A stretch of DNA of 64,000 nt from Fibrobacter succinogenes (GCF_902771595.1 NZ_CACXXH010000001.1); one strand, 5' to 3'; counted from the stretch's first letter, positions 17,048 through 27,142 are shown. The notes: generated from the sequence alone by a model not told the origin. Numbers and translations are program-made.

Positions 17048-20000
17048 CTATCGCAGGCGGCCGAAGCGGCCCTTGAGCTTTGCCAAGGAATCTTCCTCGA
17101 CAACCTCTTCGGCATCGTCGCCCTTGCGCTTGAACTTGAGAATTTCGAAGTCCTCGAGCATAGCGGAAGCCTGCAAGTAGAGTTCCGGATATTCAGAATC
17201 GTCCTGCTGCATGCGCTCCATTTTCGAGAGGGCGTCACGGGCGTTTTTGAGCTCGTGATCCTTCATGAAGCGCGCCTTGAGGAAGGGGCGGAACTTTTCG
17301 CGGAGGTCGCGTACCGACAGTTCGGGGCGGGCGGGTTTGTCGCCGGGAACAAGAGGCTTTTGTTTATCGTCGGCCGCAAGATGCGCGCCGATGATTTCGG
17401 AAAGCACTGCGAGCCTTTCAAACAAAGTAGTATCCCTGTTCGGGCTGTAAAGCGAGAGAATTTGTGTCAGCTTGCTTTTGAAAGAAGATGCCGCCAGCAT
17501 ATCGCGGGCATGATCGGCCCCCTGGCGCATCGCCACGGAGAATTCCTTCAGCATGCTCCAGAACCTCACGAAGGATTCGGCCCCAAAAAGAGCGGATTCA
17601 TACGTGGCTCGCACCAGCGCCAGCCGGATTTCTTCGTCCTCACTGCGGGTGCTTGCGGCAAGGTTCCTGAAGTCGCGGATTTTTTTACCGCGGGAATATT
17701 CAAGACCGGAGAATCGCACGCAACGGTTCGCATCCAGTTTATCGGCGGTAAGCGATTTAAGGACCCACGACTTGAGCGCGGTCTTGAAACCGTCGGAATA
17801 CAGGCCGCCCGTTTCAAGCATGTTCAAGCGGTCGACAATGAGCGAGGAGTCGGCATCGGGCTGCGCGCGGTCTCCGGCATCGGACTGCGCAGCATTTCCG
17901 GTATTAGACTGCGCACGGTTTTCCGTATTAAACTGCGCGCGGCCTTCGACGCGTTTGCGGAAACATTGCCAGAAAGCGGATTCCTGCGGGGCCATCAGCG
18001 CGGAATCCCCGAGGCGCCAGCCAAAGCGCATATCCTCGAGCGAGAAATCGATACCGAAGGTCACTACCACAGGGCGCACCGCCAAGAACAGGCGGTAACT
18101 CCCCCATTCAGGGTTTAATTCGACACTAAACTTTTCCGGAAAGCCGGGCTTGAACACCTTCATGTGCAGGCGCAAGTGGTTTTCCTTTTCGGGAGTCACC
18201 GTCGGGATATCGCAATCGAGCTGTTTGAAGCCCGCAAAGACTTCATACAAAAGCAGAAGAGGTGCCTTGTGCGGATTTTCCTTGAGCTTGTCGCAGAAGG
18301 CGTCATCGATAAACGTGCGGCGGCCTTCCAATAGCTTTTTCGCCGTCTTGGGCATTTCGCGAATGACGGATTCTTCCATCCATTCACGCCACTGGTGAAT
18401 CGAAAGCGCGAGTGTCGCGGGCGTCGTATCGGGCAAAAGGTCGTACGGGAAATCGAGCGTAATGCCGTCGCAGTCGCGCATCGCATCGAAGACCAACTCG
18501 CCCATCACCATACGGCTAGCGCCATTCAAGCCTTCAAAGCGGAACTGTTCAATGGAACCACCGAGAGTCGGTTCAGGCGTCTTGGCGGCGTTTTTCTTCT
18601 TGTCGCCCTTAGCCAAGGCATCGAATGCACGGTTGCTAAATCCGGAATCCGTGTAGCTTACGCCCGTTTCGCTCTGGTCCAGCCAGAATTTTGCATCGAA
18701 TTTCAGGAACTGGTCGGTATGTTCGCGGACATAATCCTTGAGCGTCTTGATGGAATTGACGTTGTGCGCGATACGCGTGTAGTAATCGACCAGCGCATCT
18801 TCGCTCGGGGCGAGGCCAAACTGGCGCTTGCGAGCTTCCAGCGCATGCAAATCCTCGACAACGCGCTCGTTGTGCGTCATGAAAGAGAACGGACGCGCCA
18901 TCTGGCCAAGCACTACGGCCTCGCGCCAGAAAATCTCGGCACATTCCTCAGGATTCACGCGGGCATAATCCACGCGGTGGCCGCGGCTAATCACAAGCCC
19001 CCTGAAGCTCACTTCTTCCACCGCTTCCACAAAACCGCGTTCCTGGTTCCATGTGGGCGCAAACCAGCGACGCGTGCAGAAAGGTTCCGCCACCTGCAAA
19101 ATCCATTCGGGCTTGATTTCGGCGCCCTTGTTGAGGAATATGCGGCTCGTCTCGCGGACTTCGGCACTAAACATCCATTCCGCGCTCTTGCCGTAAAGGT
19201 CACTGCCCGGGAATACATGCGTCTCGCGACCGCTCACCAGGCGGTAACAGCCGTTCTCGATATCGCGGCGCGCAATGCCGCCCAAAAATCCAGAAAGGAG
19301 CGCAATGTGCAAGTTGTCGCGGTGGAAACTGTCCAGCGGGCAGACGCGATTTTCGAATTTCACGTCGAGGATGCGCCCGAACTGTTCGTACAAATCAATC
19401 CATTCACGGCACCGCAAAAAGTGCAGGCTGTTCTTGTCGCAGAACTTGCGCAACTTATTCCAGGTCTTGCCATCCCATTCGGCACAGAAAGCGTTCCACA
19501 TGCAGATGAACGTGATGAAATCGCTCTTGTGGCCTGCAAACTTGCGGTGCAGTTGCCTAATGCGGGTGCGTTCCGGCTCTTCGCTCGGCACCACACGCGG
19601 GTCCTGGATGCTCAGGGCAGAACAAACAATCAATGCGGGTTGCAACACGCCGGCATCGCGCGCCCGCAGGAGCACCGCCGAGAGGGCCACGTCCATCGGG
19701 AGGCGGGTCATTTCGCGCCCGAGCTTGGTCACATGCCCGCTGGAATTATCGGCGGTCAACGCGCCGAGTTCAAAAAGCGTCTTGTACGCGCCGCGGAACG
19801 CCGAATGCGGCGGCGATTGCAGGAACGGGAAGTTTTCGAGTTCCAGCCCGAGACTGCGCAACTGCAGGACAACGTTCGCGAGATTACTCCGCCGGATTTC
19901 CGGCTCCGTAAACTCGTCTCGCTTCTCGAAATCTTCAGGAGAATAGAGCCTGATACAGACACCGGGTTTCACGCGCCCCGCACGCCCTGTGCGCTGCCGG

Positions 20001-21043
20001 GCACTCGCCTTCGAAATGTCCTCGACAGGCAAGCCCTGGATTCGCGACTGCGCATTATACCGCGAAATGCGGGCCGTACCCGTATCGACCACGTAGGCAA
20101 TACCCGGAATCGTAAGGGAAGTTTCCGCAATGTTCGTCGCAAGCACCACGCGGGTCTTTTCGGTCCGCCTGAAAATGCGGCGCTGTTCGTCCGGGCTCAT
20201 GCGCCCGTACAGCGGGAGGATATCGAACGTCGCGGAATCCAGTTCGTGCGCCAACTCGCCCGCCAAATCCTGAATGTCGCGTTCCGTAGGCAAAAAGCAA
20301 AGCAAATGGTCGCGGTGGCGCGTTTCCAAATCGAGAATCGCATCACGCGCCTCGTCAAGCAAGCCGGAATCGCCCTTGCCGCTGGTGTCGAGCGCCGCCC
20401 GCGCCGCCAAGCCGCCGTCAAAGAAATACTCCACATCCACCGGGAACGTGCGGCCTTCGGCCTCCATCACGCAGCTGTTGTCGTAAAATTCCTCGAAGAG
20501 TTTCGCATCCAGCGTCGCCGACGCCACAATCAGCTTGAAATCCGGGCGTTCGTGCAGCACCGTCTTGAAAATGCCGAGCAAAATGTCAATGTTCAGCGAG
20601 CGTTCATGCGCTTCGTCAATCACGATGGCCGAATACTGGCGGAACAGCCTATCTCGACGGAATTCCTGCAACAGGATGCCATCCGTCATCACCTTGATGG
20701 GAGCGTCGCTCTGGCCCTGTTCCCAAAAACGGATTTTGGTGCTGACTAGCGTTTCGTCCTTCAGTTCTTCGCGCAGGCGGTCTGCAATCGAAATCGCCGC
20801 CAAACGCCGCGGTTCCGTCACACCGATTTTGAAAGGCCGCGCATTCTCGCCACCATCGACAGCGCCCGCATTCTTACCAGTGAACCACTCCAGCAAAAAC
20901 TTCGGCAACTGCGTCGACTTGCCAGAACCCGTGTCCGCCTTGACAATCACCACCTGGTGTTTTTCGAGCAGCTCAAAAAACTCTTCCCGATGTTCAACGA
21001 CAGGAAGCTCTGGGTAAGCAATTTTCAAGTTCTCGTAAGACAT
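17048..21043 (-). CDS. hrpA: ATP-dependent RNA helicase HrpA (DEAH-box)
   Basis: Motifs TGSGKSTQLPKFLLE, DEAHERS and QRTGRAGR, plus a long HA2/OB and C-terminal extension. I chose the ATG at 21043 (MSYENLKIAYPELPV); the track start reads through an AT-rich repeat. Confidence 0.9.
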   Translation of the reverse strand: MSYENLKIAYPELPVVEHREEFFELLEKHQVVIVKADTGSGKSTQLPKFLLEWFTGKNAGAVDGGENARPFKIGVTEPRRLAAISIADRLREELKDETLVSTKIRFWEQGQSDAPIKVMTDGILLQEFRRDRLFRQYSAIVIDEAHERSLNIDILLGIFKTVLHERPDFKLIVASATLDAKLFEEFYDNSCVMEAEGRTFPVDVEYFFDGGLAARAALDTSGKGDSGLLDEARDAILDLETRHRDHLLCFLPTERDIQDLAGELAHELDSATFDILPLYGRMSPDEQRRIFRRTEKTRVVLATNIAETSLTIPGIAYVVDTGTARISRYNAQSRIQGLPVEDISKASARQRTGRAGRVKPGVCIRLYSPEDFEKRDEFTEPEIRRSNLANVVLQLRSLGLELENFPFLQSPPHSAFRGAYKTLFELGALTADNSSGHVTKLGREMTRLPMDVALSAVLLRARDAGVLQPALIVCSALSIQDPRVVPSEEPERTRIRQLHRKFAGHKSDFITFICMWNAFCAEWDGKTWNKLRKFCDKNSLHFLRCREWIDLYEQFGRILDVKFENRVCPLDSFHRDNLHIALLSGFLGGIARRDIENGCYRLVSGRETHVFPGSDLYGKSAEWMFSAEVRETSRIFLNKGAEIKPEWILQVAEPFCTRRWFAPTWNQERGFVEAVEEVSFRGLVISRGHRVDYARVNPEECAEIFWREAVVLGQMARPFSFMTHNERVVEDLHALEARKRQFGLAPSEDALVDYYTRIAHNVNSIKTLKDYVREHTDQFLKFDAKFWLDQSETGVSYTDSGFSNRAFDALAKGDKKKNAAKTPEPTLGGSIEQFRFEGLNGASRMVMGELVFDAMRDCDGITLDFPYDLLPDTTPATLALSIHQWREWMEESVIREMPKTAKKLLEGRRTFIDDAFCDKLKENPHKAPLLLLYEVFAGFKQLDCDIPTVTPEKENHLRLHMKVFKPGFPEKFSVELNPEWGSYRLFLAVRPVVVTFGIDFSLEDMRFGWRLGDSALMAPQESAFWQCFRKRVEGRAQFNTENRAQSNTGNAAQSDAGDRAQPDADSSLIVDRLNMLETGGLYSDGFKTALKSWVLKSLTADKLDANRCVRFSGLEYSRGKKIRDFRNLAASTRSEDEEIRLALVRATYESALFGAESFVRFWSMLKEFSVAMRQGADHARDMLAASSFKSKLTQILSLYSPNRDTTLFERLAVLSEIIGAHLAADDKQKPLVPGDKPARPELSVRDLREKFRPFLKARFMKDHELKNARDALSKMERMQQDDSEYPELYLQASAMLEDFEILKFKRKGDDAEEVVEEDSLAKLKGRFGRLR

Positions 21044-21120
21044 TTGACAATGGATAATTGATAATGGATAATGGATAATAGATGATGTAAAATTATCAAT
21101 CATCAATTATCAATCATCAA
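21044..21120. repeat. 77-nt spacer made entirely of 11 in-phase heptads (TTGACAA TGGATAA TTGATAA TGGATAA TGGATAA TAGATGA TGTAAAA TTATCAA TCATCAA TTATCAA TCATCAA)
   Basis: Read directly. It includes a perfect 14-nt tandem duplication ATTATCAATCATCA x2 (21092-21119). The left (GATAA) and right (TTATC) halves are partly complementary, so an imperfect AU-rich hairpin is possible. Confidence 0.75.
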
Positions 21121-21261
21121 TCACTCTTTAATATGCCCGCACTTGTCGCAGGTGAGTTTATAGCTGTTGTCCGGGTCAACGACCATCACGCCGTCGCATT
21201 CCGGCACTTCGCACGGGAGTTCGCCCGGCATCACTTCACGGTAAGTCTTTTTTTCTTCCAT
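21121..21261 (-). CDS. Small zinc-ribbon protein (46 aa), not in the ORF track
   Basis: Hand translation: MEEKKTYREVMPGELPCEVPECDGVMVVDPDNSYKLTCDKCGHIKE*. It has CX4C ... CX2C. The codon usage (GC-rich third positions) resembles neighbouring genes. It sits between the FISUMP gene and hrpA on the same strand. Confidence 0.45.
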   Translation of the reverse strand: MEEKKTYREVMPGELPCEVPECDGVMVVDPDNSYKLTCDKCGHIKE

Positions 21262-21279
21262 TGGCACAATTATAGAAAA

Positions 21280-22572
21280 TCAATCCTTCACGCACCGCAC
21301 CGAAAGTGCAAATCGCTTCGATTGTTTGTCAAAAGCCACATACGAAGAACCAAGCCTTACCTGCACAGCAAGCGTATCATTTTCATCGGCAGCCCAATAG
21401 TAATCATAGACAGTCTCACCCCAACCATCGCTGCTATAAGAACGGTGCGCGACATCGTCAAATCCCAACGTATCAACTTCGCTGTCATTATGAAGAGATA
21501 CGAACATATCCACCAAGGTTCTCCACTCCGTAGAATCAGGCAAATGCCACCCTTCGGGGCAAGCCTCCTCCGCCTCCTTCCATAAGTAATACCAATTGGA
21601 CGAATCGCACACGCCAAGTAAATTCGTATGGCATATTACAGAATCCGACTTGTACCGCAAATTTTCTGCCAGCCACTCCTGGTCTTTCGTTATCAGCGTC
21701 CTGTAAACCTCGTCGTCCCGATTGTCCGTCATTTTTCCAAAAGAATACGGAGCTTCATACGAACTCGACGAAGACGATGCGACAACGGAGCTACTCGACG
21801 ACACCTTTTCAGCAGACTTCACACAGCGAAGGGAGTACGCATTTTCAAGATCGCGAGCGCTAAAATCAAACACATTTGATTTGTACGAAATATTGAATAT
21901 ATTGGCAAACCCAGCCAAGCTCGCATAATCCGTCCAAAAGTATGCGTCTACACCACCATTTATATACTTTCCTTTCACCCTCGCCCCAGCAGGCAATGCC
22001 GAAAAACCGATTTCGTCGGTATTGTTGTCATTTTCAAGCCACCCCGCAACCGACTTCAACTGGAACGGTTTCAGATTCTGGTTATACAACAAATGCTGAA
22101 CCTCATTCCAGCCGGGCACGACAAAGCCCTCCGGACAGATACCCTTCCTATCTGTCCCTAGGAATTTGTATGTCGAATCATAATCAACGGCAGCGAACCA
22201 TGAATAAAGCCTTCCGCCCTTCTTGCAGTTTTCAGGTTTATCCTCATAGCACCAGGATTTACCCTTCAGATTCGGAGTCTGCACGCTATCCGCATACTCC
22301 AAATTTTGTGCCATCCAGGTCATCCCGGCTATAGTAATAGTCCTGTAAACATGATTGTCTCGCTCATCCGTAATTTCGCCATATTCGATGTCTTGATTCT
22401 GGTATTCATCGGCATCGAGATCATTTGCGTACAAAAGCAAGCCTTCTTTTTCCCGTTCCTCCAAGACCGCATCGCTCACAACATAATCGTCTTCGGCACA
22501 AGCAGTCAATGCAAGGAGAACAAAAAGAACATGTATCGGCAAAAATTTTATTCTGGCCAACTTCATCATCAT
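21280..22572 (-). CDS. FISUMP-domain lipoprotein (2 domains)
   Basis: Lipobox LALTAC. There are two repeats of the Fibrobacter major paralogous domain pattern (D.R D..VYRT..I....WMA(Q/E)NL ... CP(E)GW.LP ... S(L/V)RCVK). The start overlaps the upstream gene's stop (ATGA). Confidence 0.85.
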   Translation of the reverse strand: MMMKLARIKFLPIHVLFVLLALTACAEDDYVVSDAVLEEREKEGLLLYANDLDADEYQNQDIEYGEITDERDNHVYRTITIAGMTWMAQNLEYADSVQTPNLKGKSWCYEDKPENCKKGGRLYSWFAAVDYDSTYKFLGTDRKGICPEGFVVPGWNEVQHLLYNQNLKPFQLKSVAGWLENDNNTDEIGFSALPAGARVKGKYINGGVDAYFWTDYASLAGFANIFNISYKSNVFDFSARDLENAYSLRCVKSAEKVSSSSSVVASSSSSSYEAPYSFGKMTDNRDDEVYRTLITKDQEWLAENLRYKSDSVICHTNLLGVCDSSNWYYLWKEAEEACPEGWHLPDSTEWRTLVDMFVSLHNDSEVDTLGFDDVAHRSYSSDGWGETVYDYYWAADENDTLAVQVRLGSSYVAFDKQSKRFALSVRCVKD

Positions 22573-25397
22573 TCATCCTTAAGGCAACGAATAGACGCAG
22601 CCACATCTTCATTCAATTCTTTGAATTCAATTCCCGAAGAAGAATCCGCATAGAATCCCGAAGCCACATGCTCAGCCCAGATGGAATAATCCCACGACCA
22701 GAAATGGGCAACACTCCCTTCCATATGAAGCGAGCCATCCGCACCATACCAATACCCCACCGGAACAGCATTCCAGCCATAAGCGTCGACGCCAGCATTG
22801 TCATCCCAGCCTTCAGATGACTTAAGCACATTCCAAGCGCCTTCCTTTCCACCGACAACGGCAAAAAGCTTTTTCCAATCGCGTATCGAAGGTATATGCC
22901 AGCCTTCGGGACATATGCCCCGAACCGGATCCTTAATATTGCAAGCCAACAAGCGCTCGCAACCCACGGTATTATCGCTATATTCACCCTTAGTATCTAC
23001 GGCTGTACTCCAGAAATAGAATCCCGCAGCGGGCGCATCCTCGTGAGCGAATTCAAGATTTTCAGCCATCCAAGTCTGCGTCCCTATTTGCACAGTCTTG
23101 TAGCTACGATCATCGCGTTCGTCCTTCAACGAACCGTAAGAACAGTAGTCCTTCTTCCCGGTCCGGCAAGGAGAAACAAGTTCCAGTTCCATTTTCTCAA
23201 TTTTAACAGCATCCGAAAGCAACGGAGAATCCATCACGCAACGAACAGAAAAACGCTGGCCCTTACCGAACGCACCGCCCTCGACATACGAGAACTCTTC
23301 CCCGCCAAAATAGACTCCACGGGCAGAACCGCTCGATATATCCGTTCCCGTCCAAAAGAAGGCGCCATTATTCTTGTTCGTGTAAAACGCATCACCGGGA
23401 TTACGCCCTGCCGGCAAAACGCAGAAACCATATTTATCCACCCCGTTTCCGTCCCATTTCCACTCCGACTTCGATTTAAGAGCAATGCTTGCCGACAAAG
23501 AATCTCCGACGGTTTCCACGAGATCATTCCATTCATCGGCAGTCGGGAGATGCCAACCCTTCGGACAAATCCCGCGGTGTTTCTCGATGGACTTGCAATA
23601 AAAATCGTCTATCGAAGAGAATACGCTCTTCGAGTCCATGGCGACATCCCAAGTATAGTACATCGCAAATGAATCGCATTTTCCCGTAGAATCCTTATAG
23701 CACGGATTGCGATTGGACTGCGCAGCATTCGATCCCGCAGCACTTTCATAATCAAGGTTCAGGTTCTCGGCCATCCAGGTCTGTTTCCCTATAGTCACAA
23801 TCTTGTAGTACTTGCCATCGCGCATATCCTTCAGATATCCATTTTCAGCGAACGAGGAATCGATACCATCGAAAGAAGGCTTCGCATATTCCGCCGTATC
23901 GGCGCTGCAATAGTGATAAACAGGCTTTTCCCCCAGAATGCAGCGAACGCTCGCAAGCCAAGACGAATGGACCCACATAAATTCGCTTTTGACACTCCCG
24001 TTTTTTAACCGCATCGTGTAGCGGGGACTGTCTTCTATCGACATCCAAAGATACGCTTCCTCGCCCCTATTAAAGAACGAATCGACTTCCGCACCCAAAG
24101 AACCCCGCCCCCCCGGTAAAACACCAAATCCGTAATAATCAATACCGTTTCCGTTATATAGCCCGGCATTCCACCTCTTGTTGCCACTCCAGGTATCCTG
24201 CCGCTTTTCGTAATTCACCCACAAGTCCTTCGATTTGAGCGTATAGCCCGATTTATCATCATTATTTGCTTTGCCAACCAGTTCAAGTAGCATTTCGTAA
24301 TCGACCTTCGAGGGCAAACGCCAGCCTGCAGGGCACGCATCTTTTTGCGCAAACGTACCCGTATACAGCATGCCATAAACCTTGCATAGCGAATCCGAAT
24401 GCGCATAGCATACCGACTCGGAGTCACTTGCAAAATACGCAAGATTTTCGGCCATCCAAGTCTGCGATCCTATTTTTACGGTCGCATATTTATGGCCATC
24501 GCGAGAATCCACGAACGACCCCTTTTCGACACTGGAGGGATCCATGAGCCCCGAAACATCCAAGGTATCTACCTCGATATCCAATACTTCCGCCTTGTTT
24601 TCGACGGAATCCTGCACGCAGCGAACAGAATAACCATATTGCTTCTGCTTGTCTTTGCTGGATTCATCATCCATGTCAAAAGAATGAATGACAACGGTAG
24701 CCTCGTTGGAAGAATACTCCGTCGAAGTCCAGAATACGCTTTCGAAACCAGCATTGTAAAAGTTCCCCCTCGCATAAAATCCGGTCGGCAACACGGTATA
24801 CCCAGACGCGTTATTACCTTCACCACCACTGCGCCAGCCCTTGTGCGCCTTGAAAGCCGATGCGGACTTGCCATGCATGATGCGCTGGAATTCGGAAAGC
24901 GACGGCAGGTGCCAACCATCAGGGCAAACGCCTTGCTGGAAAACAGAATGGAGGTATTGTGCCGACGTTGTGTATTTCCCATTATTATATACCGAAGCAA
25001 TATTCATGGCTGCAGCCCAAGAATAAAGTCTTCCACCCACATTGCAGAAATCCGGTTCGTCATTGTAGCACCAACTGCCATCCGCAATATTGGATACGAG
25101 CGAGCTGTCCGAAAAGTTGAGATTCTCCGCCATCCAGACGCTATTCCCGAGCTTCACCGTCTTGTAGACCTTTCCATCGCGCGGGTCCGTCATCTCGCCA
25201 TATTTTACCTTGGAGTTCATATATTCCGAGGCGCTTTCCGCCTGAGTATAGACATCGATATCATGAATGGACGGATCTTCATCGTTCCCCGGCTTGACAG
25301 GTTCTTCGTCGAAGCAGGCTGCGAAAAAGAGCGAAAGCAAAGCGAGGAATACGGGCTTTTTCAATGAGTTAATTTTTTCCTTCTTATTGCAATTCAT
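22569..25397 (-). CDS. FISUMP-domain lipoprotein (4 domains)
   Basis: Lipobox FFAAC. There are four units, each with WMAENL(N/A/E)(F/Y/L), CP.GW(H/R)(L/I)P(S/T) and S(V/I)RC(V/I/L). Confidence 0.85.
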   Translation of the reverse strand: MNCNKKEKINSLKKPVFLALLSLFFAACFDEEPVKPGNDEDPSIHDIDVYTQAESASEYMNSKVKYGEMTDPRDGKVYKTVKLGNSVWMAENLNFSDSSLVSNIADGSWCYNDEPDFCNVGGRLYSWAAAMNIASVYNNGKYTTSAQYLHSVFQQGVCPDGWHLPSLSEFQRIMHGKSASAFKAHKGWRSGGEGNNASGYTVLPTGFYARGNFYNAGFESVFWTSTEYSSNEATVVIHSFDMDDESSKDKQKQYGYSVRCVQDSVENKAEVLDIEVDTLDVSGLMDPSSVEKGSFVDSRDGHKYATVKIGSQTWMAENLAYFASDSESVCYAHSDSLCKVYGMLYTGTFAQKDACPAGWRLPSKVDYEMLLELVGKANNDDKSGYTLKSKDLWVNYEKRQDTWSGNKRWNAGLYNGNGIDYYGFGVLPGGRGSLGAEVDSFFNRGEEAYLWMSIEDSPRYTMRLKNGSVKSEFMWVHSSWLASVRCILGEKPVYHYCSADTAEYAKPSFDGIDSSFAENGYLKDMRDGKYYKIVTIGKQTWMAENLNLDYESAAGSNAAQSNRNPCYKDSTGKCDSFAMYYTWDVAMDSKSVFSSIDDFYCKSIEKHRGICPKGWHLPTADEWNDLVETVGDSLSASIALKSKSEWKWDGNGVDKYGFCVLPAGRNPGDAFYTNKNNGAFFWTGTDISSGSARGVYFGGEEFSYVEGGAFGKGQRFSVRCVMDSPLLSDAVKIEKMELELVSPCRTGKKDYCSYGSLKDERDDRSYKTVQIGTQTWMAENLEFAHEDAPAAGFYFWSTAVDTKGEYSDNTVGCERLLACNIKDPVRGICPEGWHIPSIRDWKKLFAVVGGKEGAWNVLKSSEGWDDNAGVDAYGWNAVPVGYWYGADGSLHMEGSVAHFWSWDYSIWAEHVASGFYADSSSGIEFKELNEDVAASIRCLKDE

Positions 25398-25416
25398 CGT
25401 TTTTCCCCTAAGAACG

Positions 25417-26250
25417 CTAAGTTTGCATCACGTATTTTTCTATGACCTCGGTAATTCCCGAATGGTTGTTGTCGTTTTGGGTCACATAATCAGCAACGTC
25501 CTTCGCCACCTGCGAGGCGTTCGCCATTGCGACACCGACACCAGCCGCCTCTATCATGGGGCAATCGTTTTCTTCGTCGCCCACGGCAATCGTATCGGCA
25601 ATAGACACCTTGTAATAATCCGCCATAAACCGCACCGCATCGCCCTTGTTGCTCTGCATATGCGAAAACTCGAGCATTTCAGGCTTGCTGAACACGTCGA
25701 ACAGCTTGCCCGCCGTAGTCTTGCGCATATCGGCGCGGAAATCCACGAGGCCCGAATGTTCGAAGGGCGTAATGATGTTCACCTTGATGGGCGGTTTAAC
25801 AACGACGTTTACAAACTCGCCGTAATACTCGCGGATATCCTTCACGACCACGTAATCCATCTTCATCAGCCGGCAATATGTCTTGAGCTGTTCCGTCTCG
25901 TATTCCGAAACAACCAGGTCGCCCGAGTAGGTATGCGCGTGCATTCCGCGGGCATGCGCCGCATCCATTATGGCCTTGACCTCATCGACGGGAATGTAGC
26001 GCGTAAGGATGGGTTTCTGTTCACCGCAATCGTAGATGAGCCCGCCGTTGAAACTTACAAGCAAAAAACCCGGTTCCAAAAAACCGTACTTCTCGGCAAT
26101 CTGCTTCACGCTGGTGAGCGGCCGACCCGTTGTCATCACGAACTTGTGTCCCGCATCAATCATCGTGCGAATAGAGCGCATATCGGTATCCGAGATGCGC
26201 TTGTCATCGGTCAGCAAAGTACCGTCCAAGTCCGTAAAGAATATCTTCAT
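25417..26250 (-). CDS. Cof-type HAD-IIB phosphatase
   Basis: MKIFFTDLDGTLL (DxD motif), TTGRP and GDEENDCPM. I chose the ATG at 26250; the track start at 26253 is GTG. Confidence 0.85.
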   Translation of the reverse strand: MKIFFTDLDGTLLTDDKRISDTDMRSIRTMIDAGHKFVMTTGRPLTSVKQIAEKYGFLEPGFLLVSFNGGLIYDCGEQKPILTRYIPVDEVKAIMDAAHARGMHAHTYSGDLVVSEYETEQLKTYCRLMKMDYVVVKDIREYYGEFVNVVVKPPIKVNIITPFEHSGLVDFRADMRKTTAGKLFDVFSKPEMLEFSHMQSNKGDAVRFMADYYKVSIADTIAVGDEENDCPMIEAAGVGVAMANASQVAKDVADYVTQNDNNHSGITEVIEKYVMQT

Positions 26251-26356
26251 CACTATACAATATAGTATTCAGACAAACGCAAATTAACAAAACATCTCAT
26301 TTTGCCGCTTTTCGGGCATTTTTAGAAGATAAGATGCAATTTTTACGGATACAAGT

Positions 26357-27142
26357 TTAATCTTTGACGCAGCGGACTTTATTTCTTTTATTTTTTTCAG
26401 TCCCAATATAGTTTGCATTTTCCATAGCCATCTGCAAAATCAAGCCGCCCGCATGTGTATCGGATTCATCCCAAGAACTCCAAAAAAGCACAGAATAGCC
26501 CAAACTCAAGGGAGAGCCACATGAAGAACTTGTATAACCGGCAGGATAAGCCGAAAATCCCAAAGCATCCGTTCCATCGTTACTTGCCATTCCCATGTAC
26601 TGCCAACCAGTCGTAGTCATAAGATCAAAGCCTTCGCCAGCAGATTCAATCAAGGTGTTGAAATCGTCCATACTAGGCAAATGCCAACCTTCAGGACATA
26701 TGCCCCGCACAAGGGACGTCAAATTGCAGAGAATGCTGTCGCCACAGGCTATGCCCTTTGCGCTTAGAGCGACGCTGTCAATCGCATCGGCCCACGTATA
26801 ATATTGACCTTGCCCGAGGACATCGACATAACTTCCTTCGGTGCAGGCGGATTCTTCCGTCGCAAAATTGAGGTTTTCGGCCATCCACCATTGATTTCCA
26901 ATTTTCACGGTCTTGTATGTCCGGCCATCGCGCTCGTCCGTCAGCGTTCCGTACTCGCAATCATCATGCAATTGCGTCTTGCAACGCGTTGCCAACGTAG
27001 TTGGGCCAGCCGAACTGCTGCTAAGCCTTTCGCTGGATACGGATTTTCCACCATCCGGACGTACCGCGAAATCGCTGCCGTCGTCGCCACAGGCGGCAAA
27101 CATCGCCGCACCAAAAAGAATGTAAAGCCAATGGGAACGCAT
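26357..27142 (-). CDS. FISUMP-domain lipoprotein (1 domain)
   Basis: Lipobox MFAAC, with DGRTYKTVKIGNQWWMAENLNF, CPEGWHLPS and VRCVKD. Confidence 0.85.
   Translation of the reverse strand: MRSHWLYILFGAAMFAACGDDGSDFAVRPDGGKSVSSERLSSSSAGPTTLATRCKTQLHDDCEYGTLTDERDGRTYKTVKIGNQWWMAENLNFATEESACTEGSYVDVLGQGQYYTWADAIDSVALSAKGIACGDSILCNLTSLVRGICPEGWHLPSMDDFNTLIESAGEGFDLMTTTGWQYMGMASNDGTDALGFSAYPAGYTSSSCGSPLSLGYSVLFWSSWDESDTHAGGLILQMAMENANYIGTEKNKRNKVRCVKD

Noticed and set aside
18395-20749. 784-aa plus-strand ORF opposite hrpA. Similar long antisense ORFs lie at 59127..61790 (887 aa), 51416..53500 (694 aa), 40927..42354, 14855..16165, 8763..9764, 62247..63317, 24399..25367 and 4214..5347.
   Set aside because: Each lies antisense to a gene with clear family motifs. 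They are Arg/Ala/Gly/His-rich low-complexity translations, typical of shadow ORFs opposite GC3-rich genes, and they show no recognisable motifs.
21051-21085. The cluster of TTATCCAtt motifs as a second DnaA-box cluster or origin
   Set aside because: Each motif matches only 7 of 9 positions and misses the conserved terminal CA. The pattern is fully explained by the heptad repeat unit TGGATAA.
21044-21120. The heptad arrays here and at 29330..29371 as CRISPR arrays or minisatellite mobile elements
   Set aside because: The units are only 7 nt with no spacers, no cas genes are present, and the arrays are 21-77 nt long. They are tandem micro-repeats, not CRISPR.
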